This document shows, in pieces, positions 11,680 to 24,698 of a DNA stretch of 64,000 bases. This DNA comes from Asterionella formosa (Eukaryota). Each line of letters starts with the position of its first letter. Position 1 is the first letter of the stretch. The stretch covers positions 1-64,000 of the forward strand of contig NKIB01013053.1 of assembly GCA_002256025.1 (NCBI GenBank), in the 5' to 3' direction. Made by a program: the position numbers and the translations under genes. The notes under the pieces are model-generated. The model was not told the origin of the DNA, did no database searches, and saw only the letters and a program-made list of their open reading frames with translations.

Positions 11680-14600
11680 AATGGATACAAATACCGGTAA
11701 TAGTACTCGGAGTACTTGTGATTAACTAGGGGTTTCTGTTTTATGATCAATGAGCGAAAAGTAGGTTGACATAAATAATTGTACCAGCATCAAATGCAAG
11801 TGGATCATTTCACCATACCGGTAGATGAACGCCGCAGCCATCATCCTGATTGTTGTGAGTTTTTGTCGTTCGCCATACTATGCGTACATCATACTTGTAC
11901 CCTATGTACTTACTAACTTACCAGGTAGGTGGTACCCTGGTACCAGGTACCTGGCAGCTCAAGAGTACCAGACACCCAGGTACCGGTACATAATAATCTA
12001 CAGTATACCGGGGAAACGGTACCAGGGTAGTACGTACGCCTACATACATGAACATTACAGCAAAAACACGTGTCCATCCTTCCAGACCAATCAACGACGA
12101 GATGATTACTGGTAGCTGGTACGCTTCGTACCAGTAGAAACAATAATTAATATGTGCAAGTACCGGTATAAACAGGCATGTATAATAACCTGATAAAAGA
12201 CGTTAACTTGATGCCACTTGTCAGCATCATCATGACGTGGCTGTTGGATACCAAACGTCTTAGATCAGCAGCCCGCATGCTGGTACGACACCAGGGCAGT
12301 AAATGCTTTCTTTCACAGAATTCCTCCATTTAAGATTCTGTCGGCCGACCTTGGCTGTGCGTTGTGTTCTTGTCTGTGTCTCAGAGGCAATCAAATGAAA
12401 AGCAGCACCAGGAGCCAGTGAACATTCCGGTACATGTACTGGAAAACCGATAGTACATGTTTCATGCGCACTTTTTCAGTTTCGACTCACTCCCAATGAT
12501 TCGTCCACACCTACCGGAAGGTTAGGCTGGCTTTCCATTCCAAACTCTGTTAAGGAACTTTCTATGTCTTTAAATTATCATTCATTAAATAGAAGTCGTC
12601 TTCTCATCATTAAAATCGTATTCAACTACTTCTACAGGTGATAGTATCATTCAGGAAATGGAAGACAGTTTGGTTATAGAGTTCACAAATCACTCAGTAA
12701 CTTCTATTTGCAGTCAGCAAATTCTATTTGTATTCAGCAAATTCTATTTGTATTCAGCAAGTTCTAGTCATTGTCAGCAAATTTCACACAACTACACATG
12801 TACCTATAGAGTTAGGGTTACATCGATTATATCAGAACTATATCACCAGGAGAGAACTTGACTAACGCCTATTGAATACTTTAGTGTCAACCTAGCTACT
12901 AGTAGGAGAACAAGTTGCACACAGGTATTAGCTAACTAATAAGCTCATATGTTCAACAAATACTACTACTTCTGGTCAGATATGACTTCACATGGAATTG
13001 AAAAAGAGTAAAATTAGAAATAACAGTGTTAATGTCCCAGTGGTCCCAGTGGTCCCAATGATCAAGGATTTCAACCTTCTAAACATCAAGAATAGCATCT
13101 TTCATGCATTCCTGTCATTTCGACATCTTGAGCCTTTCAACCAAGATGAGATTAATGGCAGCTCATTGGAAGCTTTGTTGCTTTCTGTGAGTTAATTCTA
13201 TGACATTGCTTGCCTAACCTCTAGCAAGAAATACCTTGTTCTACTCCAAAGGCGCCTTACAGAAATCGTCTTGTCTGAAGGATGATTGTTGAAGTACTCC
13301 CAGATGATCAGCCCAATAACAGTTTTGATGATTCCACGGTGGCTGATCTGCATGATTGGAAGGCTTTCTTCTTCAGGATAGCTTTCAGTGTCAGCATCAG
13401 TGGATACTCTGATTCTTGACAAAACCATTCAGCATTGTTTTTTGGACTTCAGATCCCATATCAAGACCAGAAATTGACTCCTCAAGCTTGTGTATCATCC
13501 AGATGATCAAGAATCCTTATCAAAGAGGAACATTTGATTGTGATTGTAAGTTGCTCTAAGCCCAATGCGTGGCAGCAAGTTTTTGAATTGTAGAAAGAAA
13601 ACTTCCCACACCAATCGATTTGCTCGGTTGCTTTTGACTTACTTCGAGAGTCAACAATCATCCAAAGATCTCAAGCATATCCCCTAACATGGATTCTACC
13701 ATCATACAAAATTGTCTTTTCACCTGGCCTACTGAAGATAATCATGTTAAGTATTAAGAAAGTGCGCATCATGTCTGGTGTAATTTTTATCACAAGATCA
13801 TCTTTGCATTGCTGAAGACAATCATGTGATGCATCCTCAAGAAAACAAGCATGTCAGTCGAAAATTTGTACACCAGGTACCGAAATCATGTTGTAGCAGA
13901 TTGCTGTGTCGTTTTCAAATATCGCAACATTTTAGCGCTGCTGTCTGGCTATATCAAATGTTATGATCTTTTTGTACATTGCTCATGTCCATAGTGCCTC
14001 TGTTTTTCCTTAGGCCCTGTATCGCTTCACCGAGAAAGTTGTGTTCCTCTTCTCTGCCAATCATGCAACATCCCCTTTCAGAAACAGGTTGTAGTAGTCA
14101 GCTTCGAAAATATGAAATATTTGGAGTCTACTTATTTTCTAATTCCCCTTGTCTTTTTTACAACAGTAATGCTGCTGCCTGTTGCCATGTTTTGGGGAAA
14201 ACCCCAGTTGTACAGGAATATTGAGCATAATTTTACACTCAGTGGTTCTGGCAGGGTGTCAGCAGGGCACATGCAATAATGATTGCAGTCAGCCATATGT
14301 GCAATTGTGAAACAACATTCAAACAGAAGACCCCTCAAGCTATCATACTAACACAACGCACTACCAGGTACTGGTAATTCATTTTCTGCTCCTCTTGCGT
14401 GGAAATTCTACGCAGAGCGAATTATCATATTGACCCACCAGCTAATAACCCAGTTCATGTTTTTCTTGTTGTGTGGATGTTTTCTACAAAACCATGGGTT
14501 AGCTAAGAACCCTAAGTACTACTATGATGCTGTCATCCCTGCTGATTGATAAGGATCAATCTACGTGCAGTCTACCTGGTACAGGGTACCACCAGGGTAT

Positions 14601-14738
14601 CTGGTACGAACTACCAACGGGACATGCTCCTACATAGGAGTAACAATAGTGGGAGTACCTGGTACCAGGTACCTGGTACGAGTATTTACGTACTTGGCTG
14701 ACAGGGGTAGATTTATAATTTCAGTTCATTTCAAGACC

Positions 14739-16159
14739 ATGTCCACGACAGCTCCTCCTTCTTCGCCGTCGACACCACTGTCATTTGATCTTGAAGCCTA
14801 CATTGGTCGATACCCCACCCAGTCAGAAACTCGCTTGCAGCGTCTCGTGTTTATTTATCGAAAAGCAATCGCTGAGAATGATTCGGAACTTGCCCAACAG
14901 GCCAAGAATTTGGCAAGCGAGCAAATCAGAGCCACGAGCAATACGAAGCGATACAAGGAACTATTCGTCGAACAGCAGCAAGATGCAGCATGGATATCTC
15001 AGGTAGAGCAAGAATCTATGGCCTTACAAGAGGCACTTGAGGGACGATTGTCAGCGGCACAAGCTCATCTCAACAAGGAAGCCATTCGAATGGCTTATTT
15101 GGCCTTTTGCGACTTTTATAGGCCTAGAGGAGATTTGAGAGAGGCGATGCGTGCGGCATTGCGGTCAAGGGATTATTGTACGAATAGGAATCAGACAGCA
15201 CATGTGTGTTTGCTTATTATGGAGCTTGCGATGGATATGCGTGAGTTCTTTCGTCTCCTGAAGCTACATAAATTTACAAGCTTTGGAAAGAATAATATTC
15301 TCAATTTTCACATTGCCCATTTTCGTTTCCCTCCACAGAAAACTATTCACAAGTGCATGATTATGTTGCTAAGGCAGAGCATTCCATCATTCCTGGAGAC
15401 ATCTCTTTCCCAGTCAAGCTCAAGGTGGCCTCAGGATTGGCATACCTTGCTGAGGGACGTTTCGAACCGTCGGCCGAGGCCTTGACATCTCTAGGGATTG
15501 TGGATGATTTAGGAAATCTGTGTGCCCCGGAAGACGTGGCATTATATGGTGGTCTTTTGGGTCTCGCTACACTACCCCGTTCCAGGTTGTTGACTGTCAT
15601 GGATTCGCCATTGCTAGAACTTGTTCCGAAAATACGAGAGTGTTTGAGTATGTACTGTCGAGCAGAGTATCGTGGAGCCATTGACATTTTGGTAGAACTA
15701 CAACCCTTGCTTGCATTGGACATGCATCTAGCACCCCATGTATCTCAATTGATGCAAAACATTAGAGAGAAGGCCCTTGTTGATTATTTGAGACCCTACA
15801 AACGAGTGTCCTTATCTTCCATGGCCGACAACTTTTCCATTCCCGTATCTGAACTCATCACTACCTTGGCTACCTTGATTGGAAGTGGCAAGATTGTGGG
15901 TAGTCGCATCAATTGTGCATCGCAAACCCTCGAAAAGTCCAAGAGTGTCCCTCGGACGAACATTGTTTCTTTGCAAGATCGTGTACTCAATGATAGCTAT
16001 GCTTGCCTGATCCGATTGGCGTGTATCCAATTTGACCTAATAGTGGATCGACAGCAAATGTCGTCTCCAGCAGAATATTCTGCATCGAGTGAGGAGGACG
16101 ACGATAATGATGATCAAGTCATGCAACAGATAGTGGAACCACCAGATGACTATTATTAA
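14739..16159 (+). CDS. CSN1: COP9 signalosome subunit 1 (RPN7 + PCI domains); intron 15241-15338
   Basis: Motifs FDLEAYIGRY, RLQRLVFI, LNKEAIRMAY, RSRDYCT, PEDVALYGGLLGLAT, DMHLAPHV, IREKALVDYLRPY. The GTGAGT...ACAG intron joins ORFs 14565-15485 and 15353-16159 in frame. Confidence 0.9.
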
Positions 16160-16300
16160 GTTGTACTAAGAACTGAAATGAATTCGTTCACCAGAACATG
16201 CATAAGAAGCTCGATTTGTTTCGACATGCATGACGACGTAGCTGTGGTAAATGCCTCGCAGTACTTCATGTAAAAAGTACCTGTACTCCGAGTACCGGTT

Positions 16301-16356
16301 TAATATAGGATAAAGACAGCTAAAGTTTTAGCTTCCGGACAATTAGCGCAACTTGC
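16301..16356. mobile_element. Partial copy of an ~90-bp TIR mini-element
   Basis: GATAAAGACAGCTAAAGTTTTAGC...AATTAGCGCAACTTGC matches the copies at 18084, 45205 and 53041. Confidence 0.55.
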
Positions 16357-17779
16357 AGGTACCTGGTTCCAGTACCTGGCCCCTGCGACAGGTTACAAAA
16401 AAGGCGCAATAGACCATGTAAGCTGTATTTGCCCTTTCATGTCATGAATATGATTTGTCGTCCCTCCTTAAGATCGAGCTCGATTTTAAGAACTCACTGT
16501 TTCTAAGGGCCAATCTTAACAGTGATACATACAAAAATCAAAAAATGTTTCTCATGGCTATTCTTATCATTCTGCTGTCATTAGAGTATCATCTCAGAAA
16601 TATGATACAAAAATGGCGGTTTGGGTTTTTTGTGTTTCACCAATGGTTTCATTGGTCTGATCACCGGTGCATCATGGGTGTATCACTGATACACTTTTTG
16701 GACCCCTGACCAATGCTGTATCAGTGAAACAGCCATTGATTGCTGTGTATCACGTCTGTTGCACTGACAAAATAACTGTAGACATGCCAGCGCCAACTAT
16801 ATCATTTATTTTGTGCATGGAAAATCAACATCAGCAACACAGCGCAACATGAAAGCGCCACTGGTGAAATCGATTGATCTAATGGCGTCTACAATTCAAA
16901 TTTATTAGCAGTCATAGCTTTAGTCATTGCTGTAACAAATCAATAGTTCTATTTGCAATCCTATAAATTGACGAATGTTCTTCTACATTGTAGCTAGATT
17001 CGTAATTTCTTATGCAATTTTAAAGATGTCTCTATATTTTCTTTTCTATTGTATCGTTCATACAATGATATCTTAGACCGCAAAGGCACAACGACTCCTT
17101 TGCCATTTTGATGGAGAAATAGCCGATTATCAACATGGTCAATGTGTTGACAACAACATGTTGACGAGTCGCTCAATACCTGGTACCAGGGTACTAGTAG
17201 CATGTACACACAGGCTCCGTAAGATGATATGATATTTGTTGTTTTATTCCGGTTATTTTTATTTAGGCTACGCATATGCATATTACTGCTCAGATATATG
17301 TAGATGTTCATAGCTGGCCTATCATATATGTAGATGTTTGTAGCTGGCCTGCTGCTGTCACCGTTAACAATCATCTGCAAATAAGCAAAAACTATCATGA
17401 ATATAGGATCAAGGGTATCGTAAGCTAAGTGGCACAGGATTTTTACGTATATGATAGTTTTTGGATGAAAAATATGATCAATGTATCATATAATTATGAT
17501 CATGCAGTAAACTTTCACCGAGCTTGAAGTAATGATACTATCATAGTTATAATACCATTGCATCATATAATTAGTTAAACATGCTGGTCCTATGACATGT
17601 ATACTTTTGTCATTTATCTATCTTAGCATGATCGTAATTCTCATCGATATCACTGTCTAAAATAGGATGAAATGAATCGGAATTTAGAACTATGTTTAAG
17701 AATGGTTTTATGTTGCTTTCTATATCTTGAGTGGCTATGGTTTTTCACTTTGGCCAGAAAAGACTAATTTTGGAGACTT

Positions 17780-17925
17780 AAGGAAATTCCATGCATTTCC
17801 TGAAATTTCCTTACGCATTTCCTTACGTTTCCTGACATTTCCTGAGTTTCCTTAAGTTTTCCTGAAAGGCATGGTCATTTCCTGAAATTTATAGGAATTT
17901 CCTGAAAGTCATAATGCTTCCTGAA
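17780..17925. repeat. Degenerate ~11-bp tandem repeat with a TTTCCT(G/T)A core
   Basis: About ten recurrences of TTTCCTGA/TTTCCTTA. Confidence 0.75.
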
Positions 17926-18083
17926 TGTCATAGTCATATGCGGTTTGTTCTCGTTTTTGCAATTAGAAGAATTCCGCAATTTATTTCGCTGAATCGTGCT
18001 ATGAATAGAAGATGTTCTTTATACGTTAGAAATATGTCAATGTCCGTTTCAGGAAAATGACCGCTGGTTGAAGGTGCAACAAC

Positions 18084-18172
18084 GAGAGAAGCAGTCAATT
18101 TTCTTAAATAACCAATTCGATATGGGATAAAAGCAGCTAAATCCTTAGTTCAGCAAAATTACCGCAACTTGC
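18084..18172. mobile_element. ~90-bp TIR mini-element (MITE-like) copy
   Basis: Aligns along its length to the reverse complement of 53041-53130 and ends in CAAAATTACCGCAACTTGC. Confidence 0.65.
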
Positions 18173-18330
18173 AGGTACGCAAATGATTGTATGATGTCTA
18201 GTGATGATTACACAATATACCGGTCACCACGAGGAAAGGAACAAAAATTATTACCGTAGTCACCTACCGGTAAACAGCAACCAGCCTCTATTACCTATTC
18301 GTATATACAACTGTTGAGGGTAACAAAGAG

Positions 18331-19026
18331 ATGAACGTTTTCCTCCTGCGATTGTCATGCTTTCATGTCCTTTGTTCTTTGGCACTTCCAGTGTCAACAC
18401 AAGCCTTTGCATATCTTCCCTCCGTCATCTCAGTGCCACGGTCTGCCTTATCAGTGCAACGGGCCGCTTTTGGCGCAACAACTGCTCTGTTTTCCGCTAG
18501 CAGCAATAACAGACAAGACAATAGCGATGAATACATTCCCAGCAAACGGGCTCCACCCCAGGGTGGGGATATGGCCTATATCCAAACCAACATTCAACGA
18601 CAAATGAACACCTATCAACAAATTCGACAAGTATCACTTGATTCCATTCGGGATGTCTATGTCCGACAACCACGGACAAGAACATTTTGGTACATTGGCA
18701 AAGTTGCCATGGCTGGTGTTTCTCTCGAACAAGCCATGGGCCGACAAGCTAATTTAATGGAAGAACATGCGACAAGATTGCGACCAGTAGAATTGGGTCG
18801 ATCGTTTGGGAATCTGGAGTACTTTGTTGCACCAGGAGATTCAGAACTGGCTTGTACCAAGGGGACAGTGGATTTGATACCAGTACTGATAACCAAGGAT
18901 GAGGAGGGATTTAAAACTGTACCATTAAAGGCTGTAGGATTTTATTGTGAAGTTGTGACAAATCAAGGTATTGGATTGCATATTGAACGAGAGATGGATG
19001 GGACAGTTGCAAAGCCTTATCAGTAA
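18331..19026 (+). CDS. Hypothetical protein with bipartite (plastid-type) targeting sequence
   Basis: 231-aa ORF. Hydrophobic signal ends TQA-FAYLP, followed by a Ser/Ala-rich transit-like segment and a globular-looking remainder. Confidence 0.75.
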   Translation: MNVFLLRLSCFHVLCSLALPVSTQAFAYLPSVISVPRSALSVQRAAFGATTALFSASSNNRQDNSDEYIPSKRAPPQGGDMAYIQTNIQRQMNTYQQIRQVSLDSIRDVYVRQPRTRTFWYIGKVAMAGVSLEQAMGRQANLMEEHATRLRPVELGRSFGNLEYFVAPGDSELACTKGTVDLIPVLITKDEEGFKTVPLKAVGFYCEVVTNQGIGLHIEREMDGTVAKPYQ

Positions 19027-19601
19027 TGCACACACAACCTGGCAAGTCTACTTTGGCAAACGACAGGAACCTTCTTCGAGAGCTTGTCTCATGTCTGGAA
19101 AAAGTTCGTAGGCTATGCTTCATAAAGTATTGTTTGCAGAGAAATAAAGGGCATTTAGTAGGAACATGTTCCTTTCAAAAGTATGAGATTTTCAGCTCAG
19201 CTTGCTTTTCTTGAATATATATAAGGGCTATCCATAGTCAGTCTTGAGATTTTCATGTCTGTAAAGGGAGAGTTTCGACCACAAATGGAACACTGGGCCT
19301 ATAATGGAATGCTGGAAATTTTGGACTCAAAGTGGGAATCTGATTTTGACCAGGACTCAGCGTAATTTTGAGTCAGCCAACTCGCGTCCTCGTAATTTTA
19401 CCTATAAATAGCTAATAAAAATATATGACTCATACAAGTTGCTACATATAGACACCACAAGCAACAATGACCATGATGATTGTTATTTTTTCTTTATTAT
19501 ATAATTATAATTTTTTTATTTCTGTTATCGTTGCAAAGAGTTAAAGTAAACTATACCCGGTAGACTTCTCTTCTTTATACGAATCCATCTATTATCCATC
19601 C

Positions 19602-20075
19602 ATGAGGATGATGCTGGTGCACTTCCAAAAACCATGCCGCCGATTAGCTGTGGAGACTATCCGCCCCCTTTCAACTAAAGTCAGTAGTGCTGTTACTACC
19701 GGTAGGAATACAAGCAGTCCTCCTCCACTAAGCAATCAGCCGTTATCGACAAGCTACGTCTTTGTCAAGGCCGGTTTGCCCATGATTCTCTTTGCTGTTG
19801 GCGCCACGTGGGTACTTCAATCTGCCATTGAAGGGAAGAATAAGGAACGTCAGGTTGCGCAAGGACAAATATCCAAATCAGAACGGCAAGCAAAGATGGA
19901 AGTGGAACATGACAAAATGTTGCAAAAAATATCCAAGGTCGTGACGACTGACTTTGATAACACCAAACGGATTGAACGACCAGAAGAGGTGTTAGAGCGA
20001 CGAAGAAAGGAACGAGCGAGAAGGAATGTGTGGTACCGTAGATGGGGCAGGTGGATTACGGGTCAGAAAGTGTAA
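19602..20075 (+). CDS. COX16-like mitochondrial cytochrome c oxidase assembly protein
   Basis: Basic Ser/Thr-rich presequence, single TM GLPMILFAVGATWVL, and C-terminal DFDNTKRIERP resembling the COX16 family. Confidence 0.6.
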   Translation: MRMMLVHFQKPCRRLAVETIRPLSTKVSSAVTTGRNTSSPPPLSNQPLSTSYVFVKAGLPMILFAVGATWVLQSAIEGKNKERQVAQGQISKSERQAKMEVEHDKMLQKISKVVTTDFDNTKRIERPEEVLERRRKERARRNVWYRRWGRWITGQKV

Positions 20076-20179
20076 ATGTTACTACCGGTACCGGTAAAAT
20101 GAAAATGCTTACCCCTAGATATCGAGCTGTCATGACTCGTTTCACTTTTATATTAGCTACTAAAACAAAAATTGCACAC

Positions 20180-23100
20180 TCAATGCATTTCCAACCCTGT
20201 TCGCTTTTCCATAAATTCGGGCAAAAAGTTGCTTCGAGTAATCATACCCACGACTTCTCCATTCCGTCCCAAGACAGGCATGTGCCGCAATCCCATAGCC
20301 GTAAACAGGGTATAGGCCTTGGAAATTGGACAGTTTTGATTCACCGTATATGCCCCCATGTTCATAGCTGCAGCACAATCCAGATGATACCCACGTTCCT
20401 CCGTCGACGACACATGCACAACGAGATTACCGTCCTCATTGTACTCCACCACAGGAGCTTCCTGTTGATCCACAATTCCATTAGGCAAGTTTGTTGCTTG
20501 GGATAGCAGGATAGATTTGCCATCCTCGGCTCGAATCACATTGTCTTCTAGCCAACTATTCCTATTGTGAAAAATTGTACTCTGCGAACATTTGCTGTCA
20601 TTGACATTGCTGTCGTGATTGGCGTCCACCTGCTTCACTATTGATGTTCTTGAACCCTGGACAAAAACATTTTTCTCCACATCCACAGTCAGTGTTTCCA
20701 AGAAAATCCCACATTCGATGCATGCCACCAATTGGTCTCGTCGGATCACTCCCACATATTGCCGAGTTTTCTGATCGAGGACCGGAAACCCTTGGAATTT
20801 TGTGGTTTTCAATAGCTCTTCGACATGCCCGACCTCTTCCACTCCATCGAGTGTTACAACAGGACTGGACATTACATCCGAAACAGTGCAAATGTCAAAA
20901 CTCTCTTTGATGGAGTGCTCCAGGTAGGGATATTCTTTCAATTCCATGTTGATCTGTAAAACGATATTATTGATGACAACGAAGATATATTGAATTAAAA
21001 AAAAGTAATAATAATAAAAATAATAGTAAGCGAATTGATGATTTTCTTGGATTGAGTATAGGCAAGTGACGACTTACATGGTAAAACCCCTCAGTAAATA
21101 TATCCGCTACATATCGGGCAACAACAACACTGATTATCAAGGGAATGAGAATCTTTACTTGTCCTGTCGCTTCCATCATGATGACACACAAACTGACTGT
21201 TGTCCGTTGAATGCCAGCTAACAATGCCGTAGCACCCAGCAATGACAAGTGAGCGGGATTTATGGAGCTCATAACATGTTTCTGCAATATAATACCTGCC
21301 CAGCCACCGAGCATGGCTCCACTCAATAGACTAGGCATGAAGAGACCACATGGGAGCTTTACACCAAAAGTAACAATCATCAAGAAAATAAAAGCTAATC
21401 CGCACGACAAGAGAGTCGTTGATTGAAACTGAGTTGGATCAGTAAGGATAGCGTCGAGTGCTTCGTCTCGTGATCCTAGCAGGATAGCGGCAAACTCGTT
21501 AAACTGGCCATTTGGGCAATTGTACTGATGCTCAAACCAATCACCGGACTCATTCTTGTATGAATAGTGACTTTCACTGTCAGTGCAGACCCAGGCCTGA
21601 GGAAGATAAACAGGCATGGCAAACGTCACTGTAGATGTTATCAGGCTTACAAGTGCGACTTCGAAAAGATTCCAAAAGTTAGCAACAGTGGAATTTTTAA
21701 CATTCGAGTAAAACTTGATACGTCGTGTATTCGTCCAAATGTAGCACGAATTAAAGAACGATCCAATGAGTCCACCACCTATACCAATGAGAATGTAAAT
21801 AGGTAGTTCAGCAAACTTTCTGTGAATTTCTACATCTGCTTCTCCTTCTTTTACAGGATTTCCAAGAGACAAAATGCTATACTGTGCAATATCTCCATAG
21901 TACATTGCAATGACAAATGTTCCAATCGCTGTGGCAGCCAAAGTCCGCCACATGAGAGGTATCGAATAGTAGCTCGAAGCCTCTTCAAAACTATAGAGCA
22001 AACCTCCTACTGGAGCTCCAAATGCAGCGGCAAATCCAGTTGCCACTCCGATTGAGATTAAATCACGTCGGTCCGTGTCATTGCGGAAGCGAGAAAGGTC
22101 CGCTGTGAACTGGGAGATAAAGATCCAATTTGGAGACCAGCCGCTTTGCTGGTTGCTCGAACCCTGATCGTCGTCGTCCTTCGTTTCGAGAACAGACGTC
22201 AAAAGTCCATTCGGAGCGAGAACGATGGAGTGCCTGGGATCATGTGGTACATTGTGAACATGCATCATTCGTTGAAACGTCTTGGGCTTCTTCTTGCCCT
22301 CAATACGACTAACCCGCTTAGTGATGTTCCGAAGTGACATGTCACCATCCAGTTTTGCACGTGTTTCCCCAGGACCGTGCAATGGAGCCATCCCCAGTAA
22401 ACCAGCCAGTCCGGGCCAATTTCGTTGCATTGTTCGAATCGCCGCGTCCAGTCTAGTTGTCTTTGTTACGCCTTGACCGATGATAGCTCCCAGGTGCACC
22501 AATGGACCTTCTGGGCCCACAATTAAGCCAGATGATACTGACAAAATAGTGGCGACAATTTTTGTCAAAAAGACATTCATATCAGCAAAGGACTCAACAC
22601 ATACTCCATTCAAATATGCCTTGACTTCTGGTATGCCACTTCCAACTGCATTTGGCGCAAAATAAATACACAACACAGCACTGGCCAAGGCCAAGAAAGC
22701 ATTGTACGATGCATACATGGCGAAGACGTAGATGTATCCCTGACTGGCAAAATGATACCCATAAGAATGAGCTAACCCCCACCAAAAGCCCTTGTAGTTG
22801 TACCGAGTATTGACATTGTTCCAGTCGGATGTCCCAGCAGCAACAGCTAGATGCCAGTTCAACCGTATCGCTCGAAACGTTCCGATGCGAGTTACTCCAT
22901 AGACAATGAGGATGGCTACTACAGCACACATAATTCCCGTCAACAAGGTCAAGAACCATCGAGTCATTGCCTTGTCCTTTGGAGTTTGTAGAAGCTCACG
23001 GTCTTCCTCCTGTTGGTTTCCAAAGGTATCGTATCCATTCTCCTTCGATCTGTGTCGAACAAGCATTTCTTGATGCCTGTGATGTACATCGTTTTGTTGA

Positions 23101-23429
23101 GTTAGCCGCTTTTTGACTGCCATGATGGAAAAGGCGTTGACAACTCGGTCGAAATCAAGGGATGGCAGTGTCGCTTTCGGAGCTGGGTTGTCAGTGTCAA
23201 TCGGAATCTTGTCCATAGTGGGGACAATGGACACTCGCCTTTCTGGTCCTTCGCGAATACTATCAGCTCTTGGGATACTCTCTCGAAGGCTGCTGCTGTA
23301 GTTTCCAATAGAAGCAGATCCGATGCTACTTGTAAGACTACTTCGCTCCTCTGTGATGGCTGATAAATCATCGGGATCAAAGTTTTGCAAGCGGCTGATG
23401 GATTCAGCCAGTGCCGCGAAGGACGCCAT
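20180..23429 (-). CDS. CLC-family chloride/proton exchanger with CBS domains (CLC-6/7-like); intron 21077-20954
   Basis: Motifs GSGIPEVKAYLNG, GPEGPLVHLG, GFAAAFGAPVGGLLYSFEE, GLFMP, RTTVSLCVIMME. The C-terminal exon has CBS motifs (DVMSSPVVTL, FQGFPV, GLRHMPVL, GMITR). Confidence 0.93.
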
Positions 23430-24698
23430 GACTCTGTTATTATGAACACGGCAACAAGTATTGAAATCACTACAATCACTTTTGTCGGCACCGAGTGTGA
23501 AGTGAATGTTGGGCAACCTCCTCCGGACGCTCGTCAGAGCCGTCAGAGAATCACACTTTCAGTAGTATCTAGCTACCAGTTACCGTAACACAATGATATG
23601 TTTCCTTATGTGTATGGAGCTACCGGGTACTTGTTTCCAATGATACTTAATTTTTTTGATTTTAGTTGCTCTGGGGGTTGCATGATGTGATGGCACATGT
23701 TGAGAGTGAAAGAATCGCTTACCATACATATTGTACTACCGGCACATACCGCGGTCAACCAATATACCGGTACCACTATAAAACGAAGCCAGAACAAAAG
23801 GATCTGCCTCACAATGATACTGAGAGCAACGACAAGAACGAGGTTACTTACTACCGGTATTTCTTTCTACATGAATATTTCTGTGTAATAAGATGCACAT
23901 CATGAAAAGATTCCGATGATAGGATTCATTCATGAATTAATATATCCATAAATGTGGATATGTTTAAAGTAAAGTGTGTACCGGTATCAGTTTTCTTGCG
24001 CGTATTTCTTGGATATGAAATACCGGTACCGGTACCGGTAGTTAAATCAATAGGAGGTATATCGGTAATATTAGGTGCAAAGAACGGGGGTTACCGGTAT
24101 CATGTTTGAGCATAGCGGTACAGGCATTCCGGTAAACCAATTCGATTTTTCGCGAAACTGGGTGCCAGTCAGTACCAGATACCGCCACGCGCGGCAGAGC
24201 ATACCTTCATATTATTTATTTTTATCACCCTCTATCTCAGTATGGTGGCACTGCTCACTAACGAATAAGGGATGATGAAAGAACAAGTGCTGGAATCTTC
24301 GATCGTGATACGAAGATGTCGCTTGTTCAACACTTTTTTGTTTCATTGTCATTATATTCATATATTACTACCGGTGGTACACATTGTCATGGCATAACTA
24401 TTGAGTATTCTACGTACAATATCTATATTGAATATAAGCATACCAAAAGGACTCCTAATATAATAACATATTTAAATACCGGTATATAATACGTACGAGC
24501 AAAGTAGGGTTGTTGGCAGAGTCTTACCGGTAGATGGTTGAGTTTTTAAATAATCGAGTCAAGAGTCCTGTAGGACTCCCCCTAAGTAATTCATGATTCA
24601 GTCTTGGTTGTCCGAACACACACCAACATTTGCTCAGGGTTTTGTTCCCTGTGATCGGTTTCCATTTCCATTTAGTTTGCTTCTTCTCTCCACGAACC

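Noticed and set aside
12713..12760. Short direct duplication (CAGCAAATTCTATTTGTATT x2), and a similar ~30-bp duplication near 17295-17350
   Set aside because: Ordinary slippage duplications with no further structure.
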